Shown here: positions 1 to 9,559 of the stretch, one piece after another | Position numbering within the stretch: position 1 is the stretch's first letter | How the letters are laid out: every line of letters starts with the position of its first letter | DNA from: Octopus sinensis | Lineage: Eukaryota | DNA length: 16,433 bases | Direction of reading: 5' to 3' | Assembly (NCBI RefSeq): GCF_006345805.1 | Contig: NW_021825141.1 | Span: forward strand, 1-16,433 | Translations under genes and position numbers: made by a program | Notes under the pieces: model-generated | What the model saw: the letters and a program-made list of their open reading frames with translations, nothing else | The model's database searches: none | Told to the model about the DNA's origin: nothing

Positions 1-157
1 ATTTATGAAATAAACTCCAACCACTTATCCTTTTTTTTATATCGTAATCAACAGCACCCACATTACAGAACCAAACGGGGTGGGGGAAAAAGCCTACGAG
101 GTCCGCCAAAACTGGTAAAAATAACAATCTAATCTCCGTCAAATCACGCTCTACAGT

Positions 158-162
158 TGTGT

Positions 163-221
<59 letters not shown>
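158..221. repeat. (TG)n microsatellite
   Basis: Directly visible TG run with few interruptions. Confidence 0.95.
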
Positions 222-297
222 ACCAGCTGAACACTGGGGTCGATGTAATCGACTTACTCCACCTCCGAAATTGCTGGCCTTGTCTTAAAATTTGAAA
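220..297 (+). mobile_element. SINE 3' fragment
   Basis: GTACCAGCTGAACACTGGGGTCGATGTAATCGACTTA matches the reverse complement of 2244-2280 inside the full SINE at 2179-2408. Confidence 0.75.
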
Positions 298-312
298 TCA
301 TCGTCGTCGTCG

Positions 313-344
<32 letters not shown>

Positions 345-487
345 GTCATCATCATCATTATCATCATCATCATCATCATCATCGTCGTCGTCATCATCAT
401 CATCATCATCGTCGTCGTCGTCGTTATCATCATCATCATCATTATCATTATTATTATTACTATCCTCATCATCGTTATCATCATTAT
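298..487. repeat. (TCA/TCG/TTA)n trinucleotide microsatellite
   Basis: Directly visible; it generates the poly-S, poly-D and poly-M ORFs. Confidence 0.95.
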
Positions 488-676
488 ATACGTACATTTA
501 CATATATTCATACATACACACATATACATGCATGCATGCATACATACATACATACATAAATACATACATGCATACATACATACATATATACATACATACA
601 TACATACATACATACATACATACATACATACATACATACATACATACTAATTTATTTACTTACTTTCTTACTTACA
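488..676. repeat. (TACA)n microsatellite decaying into (TACT)n
   Basis: Directly visible. Confidence 0.95.
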
Positions 677-680
677 CTTG

Positions 681-1010
681 ACATCTGTCGAATGTTGTCT
701 GAGATGGGCAAGAAAAAGTATGTTACCGTCAGAGGTCAGCTGTCCTACTGATGTGAATATCTCTTTGAAAATCAAATAGAAAGAAGATTACGATGGACAA
801 CTGATTCGTAACCTCCAGCTTCTATATCCGGATTACAATGTTACATTTATACCAATAATAATTGGAGCACTTGGTTTTGTAAGTAAATGCCTAACTGTCA
901 GTCAGGATAAGCCTGGGTTTTCTGAAAAAAGAAATCAACCAACTGATTCGCACATGACAAGTACAATTGGTAAGCGGAACAGTAAAACTATGTAAGACTT
1001 TTCTGAGGTT
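681..1010 (+). mobile_element. R4/Dong-like RLE non-LTR retrotransposon 3' fragment, copy 1 (pseudogenised)
   Basis: Manual translation gives EVSCPTDVNISLKIK*KEDYDGQLIRNLQLLYPDYNVTFIPIIIGALGFV...GFSEK/EINQLIRT*QVQLVSGTVKLCKTFLR, the C-terminus of an RLE domain. It is homologous to 2810-3080 and carries stops and frameshifts. Confidence 0.85.
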
Positions 1011-1034
1011 ACATACATATATACATACATAAAT

Positions 1035-1360
1035 AGGAGCACTCCGTCGGTTACGACGACGAAGGTCTCAGCTGATACGATCAACGGAACAGCCTGATCG
1101 TGAAATTAACGTGCAAGTGGTTGAGCAATCCACAGACACGTGTATCCCTAACGTAGTTCTCAGGGAGACTCAACGTGACACAGAGCGAGACAAGGCCGGC
1201 CCTTTGAAATACATGTACTACTCATTTTTGCCAGCTGAGTGGACTGGAGCAACGTGAAATAAAGTGTCTTGCTCAAGGACACAACGCATCGCCGGGAATC
1301 GAACTCACGACCTTACGATCGTGAGCAGAATGCCCTAACCACTAAGCCACGCGTCTTCAC
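1035..1360 (-). mobile_element. Full-length tRNA-derived SINE
   Basis: Minus-strand A box TGGCTTAGTGG (1349-1339) and B box GTTCGATTCCC (1304-1294), followed by TGTGTCCTTGAGCAAGACACTT and a central domain shared with 14891-14940. TACA repeats lie on both sides. Confidence 0.9.
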
Positions 1361-1410
1361 ATACATACATACATACATACATACATACATACATACATAC
1401 ATACATACAT
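1359..1410. repeat. (TACA)n microsatellite
   Basis: Directly visible perfect run. Confidence 0.95.
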
Positions 1411-1548
1411 GCTTAAAGGAGAATCTGGATAAACTGGGATTTTCAGAAAGAGAAATCGACCTGCTAATTCGTACATTACAAGTGCAATTTGTGAGTGGAA
1501 CAGTAAAAATATGCAAGACTTCTCAAGTTCCAAATGTGAATTTTTCTG
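1410..1548 (+). mobile_element. R4/Dong-like RLE retrotransposon extreme 3' end, copy 2
   Basis: CLKENLDKLGFSEREIDLLIRTLQVQFVSGTVKICKT/LKFQM* (TGA 1537-1539) aligns to the ends of copies 1 and 3. About 9 nt after the stop the sequence runs into the microsatellite. Confidence 0.85.
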
Positions 1549-1888
1549 CACACCTACCTACCTACTTACATACATACCTACCTATCTACCTACCTACCTA
1601 CCTACCTACCTGCCTGCCTGCCTTCCTACCTACCTACATACTTACCTACCTACCTACCCACATACCTACCTACCTACCTACCTACCTACCTACTACCTAC
1701 ATACATACACATACATGCACACCTACCTACCTACCTACCTACCTACCTATCTACCTACCCACCTACCTTGATGCCTACCTACCTACCTACCTACTTACCT
1801 ACATACATACATGCATACATACATACATACATACATACATACATACATACATACATACATACATGCATGCATGCATGCACACATACAT
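1549..1888. repeat. (TACC)n grading into (TACA)n/(TGCA)n compound microsatellite
   Basis: Directly visible. Confidence 0.95.
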
Positions 1889-3082
1889 GAAACGGAATTA
1901 AACAGCCAGCAGGCATATTCCAGGGTGACAGTTTATTTGTAATGCTGTTGTACTAGCAGTAAACACTTTGTCAGCCCTGTAAACAAGATGCAAAGGCTAC
2001 ATGTCGGGATATACAGAAAAGAATAAAGTTAATGTTACCCACACAATTTTTTGTTGAAGACCTAAAATTATATTCTTGTAATATGAACAACATCAAGAGA
2101 CAATCAGAACTAGTCACAATATTCTCACAAGATATAGGACTTGTGATAGATACATTACCTCCTACCTAGAAGGATATATCTATTTCTTTATTACCCACAA
2201 GGGGCTAAACATAGAGGGGATAAACAAGGACAGACAAAGGGATTAAGTCGATTCCATCGACCCCAGTGCGTAACTGGTACTTAATTTATCGACCCCGAAA
2301 GGATGAAAGGCAAAGTCGACCTCGGCGGAATTTGATCTCAGAACGTAACGGCAGACGAAATACGGCTACGCATTTCGCCCGGCGTGCTAACGGTTCTGCC
2401 AGCTCGCCGGATATACCATCGCTATTCAGAAACAGGAGATAACTATTAAATACTTGATAATAAGAGATATAAAGATTTCGCCAAGCTTCCACGTTGGGAT
2501 AAAAAAAAAATGTTGGCTCTGCTATACCAGTGTTGAAAATATTACTGACATCATCAGCAGCTGCCTCAAAATATCTACGAGATACTACCTGCCCCTGAGG
2601 TATGATATACTTCCAAAGACTACTTACTATGCTATCCGTAGGAAGGACTGCCCTGATGTATTCATCAAAGGCATGTCAGAACCAGCAGGTATTCACACCT
2701 TTAAAAACAAGGAAGACTGGTGGAACACCCCCAATAAAAACATCAGTTCCGCGCAAACATAACAGACCTGTTTCATGGGACCGGGAACAAAAATAACGCG
2801 CTGTTTTAGAGGTCAGCTGCCCAGCAGATGTGTATGTACAATCAAAGCTTCAGGTAAAAAGAGAACGTTTATGATGAATTAATGCGGAACTTACAGCTCT
2901 TGTACCCTAACTATGAATTCTCATTTGTACCTATTATCATAGGTGCATTAAGTTATGTGCAATCAAATTTGCACAAAAACCTAGAAATATTCGGTTTCAT
3001 GGAAAAAGAGCAAAAGAAACTGACGCGGATTCTCCAAATCCGATCTATTAGTGGCACGTTGAAAGTTTGTAAGATATTCCAG
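1889..3082 (+). mobile_element. R4/Dong-like RLE retrotransposon, copy 3: RT remnant, CCHC knuckle and RLE; internally deleted and SINE-interrupted
   Basis: RT motifs GIFQGDSL (from 1912), FFVEDLKLY and FSQDIG (to about 2142); then EGYTIAIQKQEI, CWLC-x8-D-IISSC (decayed CCHC), LRYD (RH-like), KHNRP, EVSCPAD and VPIIIGALSYV. This domain order is typical of R4-clade elements. Multiple stops and frameshifts. Confidence 0.9.
2179..2408 (-). mobile_element. Full-length tRNA-derived SINE with 7-bp target-site duplication
   Basis: Minus strand starts GGCGAGCTGGCAGAACCG (A box) with a degenerate B box GATCAAATTCC and core GCCTTTCATCCTTTCGGGGTCGATAAATTAAGTACC. GGATATA is duplicated at 2172-2178 and 2409-2415. 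Confidence 0.92.
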
Positions 3083-3085
3083 ATA

Positions 3086-3256
3086 GGTGCAGGAGTGGCT
3101 GTGTGGTAAGTAGCTTGCTTACCAATCACATGGTTCCGGGTTCAGTCCCACTGCGGGACACCTTGGGCAAGGGCAAGTGTCTTCTACTATAGCCTCGGGT
3201 CGACCAAAGCCTTGTGAGTGGATTTGGTAGACGGAAACTAAAAGAAGCCCGTCGTA

Positions 3257-3291
<35 letters not shown>

Positions 3292-3402
3292 ATATATATA
3301 TATATACAATATTATTAGAGACAAAACCACTATTTTGCAAAACAAACAAGGAAAGACTTAATCAATACATAAAATTTTAATAAATAGTCAAAAAAATAGT
3401 CA

Positions 3403-3434
<32 letters not shown>

Positions 3435-3644
3435 ATATGTTTGTGTGTCTGTTTGTCCCCCCAACATCGTTTGACAACCGATGCTGGGGTGCTTTCGTCC
3501 CTGTAAATTAGCGGTTCGGCAAAAGAGACCGATAGAATAAGTACTAGGCTTCCAAAGAATAAGTCCTGGGGTCGATTTGCGCGACTAAAGGCGGTGCTCC
3601 AGTATGGCCGCAGTCAAATGACTGAAACAAGTAAAAGAGTAAAA
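3086..3644 (+). mobile_element. tRNA-derived SINE (CORE-like) with internal (TA)n/(TG)n tract
   Basis: A box TGGCTGTGTGG (3096-3106), B box GGTTCAGTCCC (3139-3149) and CACCTTGGGCAAG core-like motif. The 3' half (about 3445-3644) is repeated in diverged form at 3860-4070. Confidence 0.85.
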
Positions 3645-3645
3645 C

Positions 3646-3739
3646 TGTATGCGTGTATGTATGTATGTATGTATGTATGTATGTATGTATGTATGTATGT
3701 ATGTATGTATGTATGTATGTATATATGTATGTATGTATG

Positions 3740-3773
<34 letters not shown>

Positions 3774-3854
3774 TGTATGTATGTATGTATGTATGTATTT
3801 ATATCTATGTATGTGTGTGTGTGCGCGTGCGTGCGCGTGTGCCTGTGTGTGTGT
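3646..3854. repeat. (TATG)n plus (TG)n microsatellite
   Basis: Directly visible. Confidence 0.95.
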
Positions 3855-3859
3855 TAATC

Positions 3860-4070
3860 TTCGTGTTTGTCCCCACACCAGTGCTGGGCAACCGGTGCTG
3901 GTTTGTTTATGTCCCCGTAACCTACAAGTTCGGCAAAAGGGATATGTTAAAATAAGTAACATACTTAAAGAAAAAAAACATATGTGGTTGGGCTGGATTT
4001 GATCGCTTAAAACTTCTCAAGGCAGTGCTCCAGCATGGACACAGTCCAATGACTGAAACAAAATAGAAAG
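3860..4070 (+). mobile_element. More diverged 3' half of the same SINE family as 3086-3644
   Basis: Shares GTTTGTCCCC, GTTCGGCAAAAG, AAGGCRGTGCTCCAG and AATGACTGAAACAA with 3450-3632. Confidence 0.85.
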
Positions 4071-4360
4071 CAAAACATAAAGCTCTTATGAATTAATGTT
4101 TCATCTCTTTATCGAACTGTCCATTATCGCCGTTATCTTTTCACCATTGTCGTCATCTCTTTCATCAATCAGCCCAGTTTTATTTCCTTTTCTTTCTTTG
4201 TCTTTTATTTCATTCATCTTTCTTGATTGAAAGTTATTACGTCTTAATAATTTAAAGCAAATGTCATCTACTAACTTTTTTCCATTTCTTTAAATTGAAA
4301 AGAATTTTTTAATATTTTTATATAATAATAATTAAATAATTATATAAAATAATTATATAA

Positions 4361-4392
4361 AGGAGTGGCTGTGTGGTAAGAATCTTGCTTCC
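4361..4392 (+). mobile_element. Isolated SINE head (A box only)
   Basis: AGGAGTGGCTGTGTGGTAAGAATCTTGCTT is nearly identical to 3091-3120; homology then stops abruptly. Confidence 0.8.
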
Positions 4393-5304
4393 GGTTTACC
4401 GTGACTCATTCGTTTTGTTGGATTTGTGTGACATAGACTTCTTTTTTTTTTTTTGGCTGTGCGACGTTTTTCCTCTTGTGTGATGGTGGGGCGTCGAATG
4501 AGGAGTTGCAAGGGTTTGAGTTATTCTGTGTCAAGCGTTGAAAGCTACCCGTCCTCGGTCTATGTATCGTCTGAGGAAGGAATGGTAGAGTGTCTCAAGA
4601 AAATAGACAAAGCTTTAGAAAATAGAAGTTATGCTGCAGCGACGGAAGAAAAGTACGAAGACCTAAAGCTGGAAGATGTAAGCAAGTATTAAGGAATGCT
4701 TGAAGAGGAGGAGAACGAAGTGAAGGTGTCCCACCGCCGAAGAAGTCTTAAAGAAAACAGGGGAAAGAACGGTAGTTTATAGGACGTATTCGGTGGCAGC
4801 TGGAAAATTTGAGAACATGTCTACGGTATAGATAGAAAAGGCGTTAAGACCAGTCTGGCAAGGTATTTCGTACCTTGCCAGAGGTAATAAATTTGGAACG
4901 ATAGAGGTGCAGTTAGAAAAGGTAGTTACCACCAGGCTGCACTCGGCAACATCGTTGGAAACGAATGAGGTAGTTCTTCTACTCGTATATCTTGGGAGAC
5001 GTGCTTCCAGGGTTAGGATGGAAGAAGTACCCCCAGAGGTGGATGTAGCCTGACTGGTGGCTGTTATACTACTTGGAATGAAGAAGGTGGTGGTCCTACA
5101 GGCCACCAGAACACCTCATAGGAACTGGAAGGAACAAACCCTTGACATAGTGATGCAAATCGCGAAGGACATCGAAAAAATGGTCCAAAGTATCACAGTG
5201 GAAGAAACGATTTTAAAGGTCAGAGTGGAAGGTAGGATTCCACAACGTTATAAATGTGGCCTGAAAGGCTACATTAGAATGAAGTGTCCTCCACCACTAG
5301 AAAA
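4393..5304 (+). mobile_element. Decayed 5' region and gag-like ORF1 of an L1/Tx1-type LINE
   Basis: A broken frame reads SYAAA (about 4627), YLARGNKFGTIEV, YLGRRASRVRMEEVPPEV and VRVEGRIPQ-RYKCGLKGYIRMKCP. The last motif (5246-5287) is a CX2CX4HX4C knuckle after two single-base reversions (CGT>TGT, TAC>CAC). No ORF2 follows. Clade assignment is by motif recall. Confidence 0.7.
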
Positions 5305-5372
5305 GGCCAGCAATTTTGCGGGGCGGGGTTCAGTTGCTATCATCGTTCCCAGTATTTGACGGGTAGTTTGTT
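5305..5372 (-). mobile_element. Degenerate SINE 3' fragment
   Basis: Reverse complement ...ACTGGGAACGATG...AAAATTGCTGGCC resembles 233-279. Confidence 0.5.
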
Positions 5373-5378
5373 AAGTGC

Positions 5379-5422
5379 AAGAAGAAGAAGAAGAAGAAGA
5401 AGAAGAAGAAGAAGAAGAAGAA
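5379..5422. repeat. (AAG)n microsatellite
   Basis: Directly visible. Confidence 0.95.
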
Positions 5423-5787
5423 AAGGTTTCCTAAAGAGTTAAAAACTAGTCTACTGTTTTTTTTTACATATGGCTATCACAAAAATCTATTCATGAAAAC
5501 AAATTACACGTCATTTTTTGTAGATACACCTGTACTTTCATCAATAATCAATGAAATGATATTGATCCTTAGTATCTTTCATCAATGATATGACGAAGAG
5601 TAAGTGTTCCTTTTGTTCTTGTATATTTAATTCCCTTAGCATTTTTGTTTTTCTTTTTGAATCTGAGGCATTAAAAAAAGTTTTAAAAACCTGGATTATG
5701 CTTTGGTAGCGAATCGAATAAACTATGTTCTAGCTCAAATATACACTTCTTCAGTTCATTGGAAGCCGGAACCACAACATACATGTA

Positions 5788-6388
5788 CGAGGGTGGACTG
5801 AAAAGTTCATAGGTTGACTATGAAGGCGTGATGCTAGAGCTGTGAAATCTTGTATGTATTAACTTCAACTCTTCTTATTAATAGGTGCATTGTTTTATTT
5901 CAGGTAAACTGACGTCTGATTGTCCAAAGAAGACTTCAAAAGTAACTAGTAACGACTGACTTTGAACTGGTTGAAAACCCACCTTATTCTCTTGATTTGG
6001 TCCCATCTGATTATCATCTGGCTGTGAGAAAAACAGCATCATGATGCAATTCACTCTGCCAGAAATCTGGAAATGAGATACAGTATTGCTTGGCATTCGC
6101 GCCGGAAGCTCCAAAACGAACAGATTGTGAACACACAGAACAACCGTCGGTTTGCCTTGTCATTTGGCTGGGAATAAGTATCCCAGTGGTGATTGCGTCA
6201 CATCTGCTGTTGATGACTTTTTGACCAACAGGACGAAGCTTCTTCCCCAATAGGATCCAAGTACTGCAATACCGGTTGAAAGAAACATGCGTGAGCCACA
6301 AGGAGGACTATGTTGAAAAATAAACCTCATTTGGTCACATCCCATGCGAGTGTCTTGGTTCGCTCATGAACTTTTCAGTCGACCCTAG
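5788..6388 (+). mobile_element. Non-autonomous mariner element with TIRs and transposase C-terminal remnant
   Basis: 23-bp TIRs CGAGGGTGGACTGAAAAGTTCAT (5788-5810) and ATGAACTTTTCAGTCGACCCTAG (6366-6388), 21/23 match, with TA on the left. PPYSLDLVPSDYHL (5979-6020) is the mariner YSPDLAPSD motif, and the frame ends DYVEK* (TAA 6321-6323). Confidence 0.9.
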
Positions 6389-6592
6389 AACCCATTTCTT
6401 CTGTCCATTGTGTCACAACCACAACGCGTATGTATTTCATAAAAAGAGTAGGAAACTCTAAAAATATCAGTTGTTTTAGATGTCAGGATATTTAGTGTAG
6501 TTGTAAAAGTCTCTCACTATCAAAATGTTTCTTAAGCAACAAAATTCCCAGATAACTAACTAGTCTATGACCAAACAAAATAACTTTGCAAG

Positions 6593-7016
6593 CTTCACGT
6601 TAAGTTGGAGATCAAGATTACCGTTTGGTATTAAAACTGATTCTGTCGCTGTTAATTAATGTTAATGAGCCCACTGGCTATTTACGACATCAGTGTCTGA
6701 ATAGACACTGAGATTCTATGTGTCATTCACGAAGAGATTCACGAAGAGATTCGGCTGTTATCACGCTGCTGGACATCTGACACTGAGGAACCCATAGTAG
6801 GGTGAAATCTTGTGATCTAGTAGTTCTGGTAGTGATAGAAGACGATTCTCGTCTGTCAAGGATATAATTTCGAGTGCTTTTATGCACCATGGGTCCTTAT
6901 AATAGTTTCTCTCGAGGTAAATAACACAGTAATTCTGTGTTCTAACACAACCTCCACGTTAAGTTCGCAGTCAAGATTACCTTTTTGGTATTAATGCTGC
7001 TTATATGACTGTCAAA
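6593..7016 (+). repeat. Diverged direct repeat with ~359-bp period containing a hammerhead-like core
   Basis: CACGTTAAGTT..TCAAGATTACC.TTTGGTATTAA occurs at about 6593-6655 and 6952-7016. CTGAGGA-ACCC-ATAGTA-GGGT-GAAA lies at 6783-6807. Confidence 0.65.
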
Positions 7017-7565
7017 CGTAGAATCACCAGTTTCTGCAGATTATGGGTTTATGCAGATTATTTCTTTTTTTGTATGAACTTTCTCCTTAATCATATCCGT
7101 ATCGTCCCTTTTCTCTGTTAGCTTAATCTGTAGTTTACGTTAGATGGCAAATGAAATAAAATTATAAAAAGTATTAGCAAAAACACAATCGTAAAGCGAA
7201 TAATGACACGAGCTATAACTCGCGGAAACAGCGATTAATCATCGTCTGAAATTACCTGGCATCAAACGAAATGAGCCCTTATAAAGCGCATTCAAACATT
7301 TAGGCATAAAAAATTTGCCGTTATAATGAATTATTATGAGTCAAATTTCAACCAAAAGGTGAACCAAACATAAAAAAAAGAAATTTTTATTAGCCATGCA
7401 ACAAGTATTTTAGCAACATTTACTAAATTTCATGAGTTTTACCAAATTTTCTATACAGAGCCAAATTTGATAAAAAAAAACCCCAAAAAACACAAAGAAA
7501 AGAAAAAAGATCAGCTTCGATAGCCCTGATCTCCACACATTATTTTCTATTAATTTAAATCATGC

Positions 7566-7710
7566 GGCTTTGGTCGACTCGAACGAAATTATAGCAATAT
7601 AACTTCCACCCGATTTCATAGAGGTACTACAGCTATAAAGTAGGCAGAGGAAACATACTCGGAAATCATGTTGTTGCACAACGAACTTCGTGACCACACA
7701 ACCAAACCTA
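7566..7710 (-). mobile_element. Highly degenerate SINE 5' part (family of 3086-3644)
   Basis: Reverse complement contains TGGTTGTGTGGT...ACATGATTTCCGAGT and TCGAGTCGACCAAAGCC, resembling 3096-3141 and 3195-3211. Confidence 0.55.
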
Positions 7711-7992
7711 TAGAATACTAAATATTTCAGCTGTTTAACAAGATTAAAACCTCTACATAGTGGCTCTGTCTGCTAAAAAGGAAATCCAAATTTCAGGCTT
7801 TGTAAATATAGGAAAAAGAATCATCATCATCATCATCATTGTTTTTTTTTGTATTTGTTTCCTCTAATTCTTTATTTGGGGAGAAGAGGTTTGAACTGTT
7901 CTACTTCTTTCGAAGTTGATAATAACAGAATAAATTATTTATGCGCGCGCACACATATATCTGATGTATGTATGTATTACGTACCTATATCA

Positions 7993-8030
<38 letters not shown>

Positions 8031-8113
8031 CTATCTATCTATCTATCTATTATCTATCTATCCTCTATCTATATCTATCTAACTATCTATCTCTCTCTCT
8101 CTCTCTCTCTAAA

Positions 8114-8156
<43 letters not shown>

Positions 8157-8215
8157 ATAAATATATATATATATGTATATGTATATTATAAATATATATA
8201 TATTATATATATAAG

Positions 8216-8248
<33 letters not shown>

Positions 8249-8253
8249 TACAC

Positions 8254-8303
<50 letters not shown>

Positions 8304-8325
8304 CATACACATACATATATATATG
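7993..8325. repeat. Compound (TATC)n-(TC)n-(TA)n microsatellite
   Basis: Directly visible. Confidence 0.95.
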
Positions 8326-8423
8326 TAATAAACGAGTTTATCAGTAATCGAATTTTAATTAAGCAGAAAATGAAAAACAATTCTTGATCAGTAAACGAAT
8401 TGACTACCAAATACAAAACTTTA

Positions 8424-8548
8424 TCACTTCTAACAGCTGTTTCTGCTACCAGTGTCCCTCAGCGCTGCCAAAAAAAATTCTTAGAATAATATTCGTCATA
8501 TTCTACAGCACATCCGATCTAGTACATGGAACTTCATCAGCGTGAAGA
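8424..8548 (-). ncRNA. Type I hammerhead-like motif with ~90-nt extended stem II (Penelope-like fragment ~8326-8555)
   Basis: Minus strand has CUGAUGA (8540-8534), then GAA (8443-8441), palindromic ACAGCUGU (8440-8433), U, AGAAG. Stem I is imperfect. Confidence 0.55.
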
Positions 8549-8566
8549 AAAATACATAGAATAAAA

Positions 8567-8726
<160 letters not shown>

Positions 8727-9547
8727 CAGGGTGCGGTTAATAAACAGTCCTTTAAATTGCGCAAAAATGACACTGACATCTCATTTTAACAGATTTACCA
8801 AAATTACATAAAAATATCTTGAAATACTAAAGAGTAAATTCATTTTCAACCACGGCCACCTAGACGACCTCGGAATCTCCTGCAACTCTTCTGGGTGGTC
8901 TCCTTGTTTAAGTTGGTGAATGTTGCCATAATCCTTGCTATCAGTTCATCTTTGTTCAACTGCACCCCACACATAATAATCAAGGGGGTTGCAGCCTGGG
9001 GAGTTAGGTGCCCAGATGTTAGTGGTGATGAGGTCGCAGAAATTATCTGGCAGCCATGTATAGGTTCTTCTGCTTGTGTGGCATGGTGCAGAGTCCTGTT
9101 GCCAGACATAGGTTCTTGAAGCAGCCACCCTCTTGATCGAGGGCAACATTACCTCCTCTAGGCACTTGATGTATGTCTCTGTGTTGAGTCTGAAGCTGTG
9201 TGGAGAGAGGAATGGAGGCATAACATCGCCATCACTAGTGAACACTACAAACACCATGATGTTGACTGAATGTTTTGATTTTCATCACTTTTGGTACATG
9301 TTTTGGGGACACGGTTGTTCTGTGTGTTCACCATCTGTTCGTATTGGAGCTTCCGGCGCGAAGGCCAAGCAGTACAGTATCTCGTTTCCAGATTTCTGGC
9401 AGAGTGAATTGCATCATAGTGCTGTTTTTCTCACAGACAGTGCCCAACTGACCCTATTATACTGTGTAGTCGACAAATTCAAAAATAAACAATGCGCATG
9501 CGTGAAATTAAGGATATCTAATTGCGACAATTTACCATCGCACCCTG
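8727..9547 (-). mobile_element. Internally deleted Tc1/mariner DD37D (maT) transposon
   Basis: Terminal inverted CAGGGTGCG at 8727-8735 and 9539-9547, with TA on the left. ORF 8946-9257 has WQQD-x37-D (WQQDSAPCHTS...WAPNSPGCNPLDYYVWG; I count 37 residues). Putative start MMQFTLPEIWK at 9417. Confidence 0.9.
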
Positions 9548-9559
9548 AATATACATATA

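Noticed and set aside
254-681. ORFs encoding poly-S, poly-D, poly-M and MYVC/YIHT repeats
   Set aside because: They are stop-free translations of TCA and TACA microsatellites. The same applies to the ORFs at 1511-1771, 3585-4002, 7849-8416, 8537-8779, 10208-10644 and 15726-15962.
1285-1360. tRNA gene on the minus strand
   Set aside because: A and B boxes are present, but there is no proper acceptor stem or terminator and it continues into a SINE body.
1269-1901. 210-aa ORF
   Set aside because: It is a chance read-through of antisense SINE, microsatellite and a LINE tail rather than a gene.
4212-4310. Possible minus-strand terminal exon (NGKKLVDDICFKLLRRNNFQSRKDE*)
   Set aside because: It is too short and AT-rich to distinguish from chance.
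4571-4610. Other CTGANGA hits (4571, about 5750 minus, 11796 minus, 15085 minus, 15920 minus)
   Set aside because: None has a stem II followed by GAAA; such hits are expected by chance.
5511-5605. Plus-strand exon-like segment (TTTTTTGTAG ... AGA|GTAAGT)
   Set aside because: All three frames contain stops. It could be a non-coding exon but cannot be supported from sequence alone.
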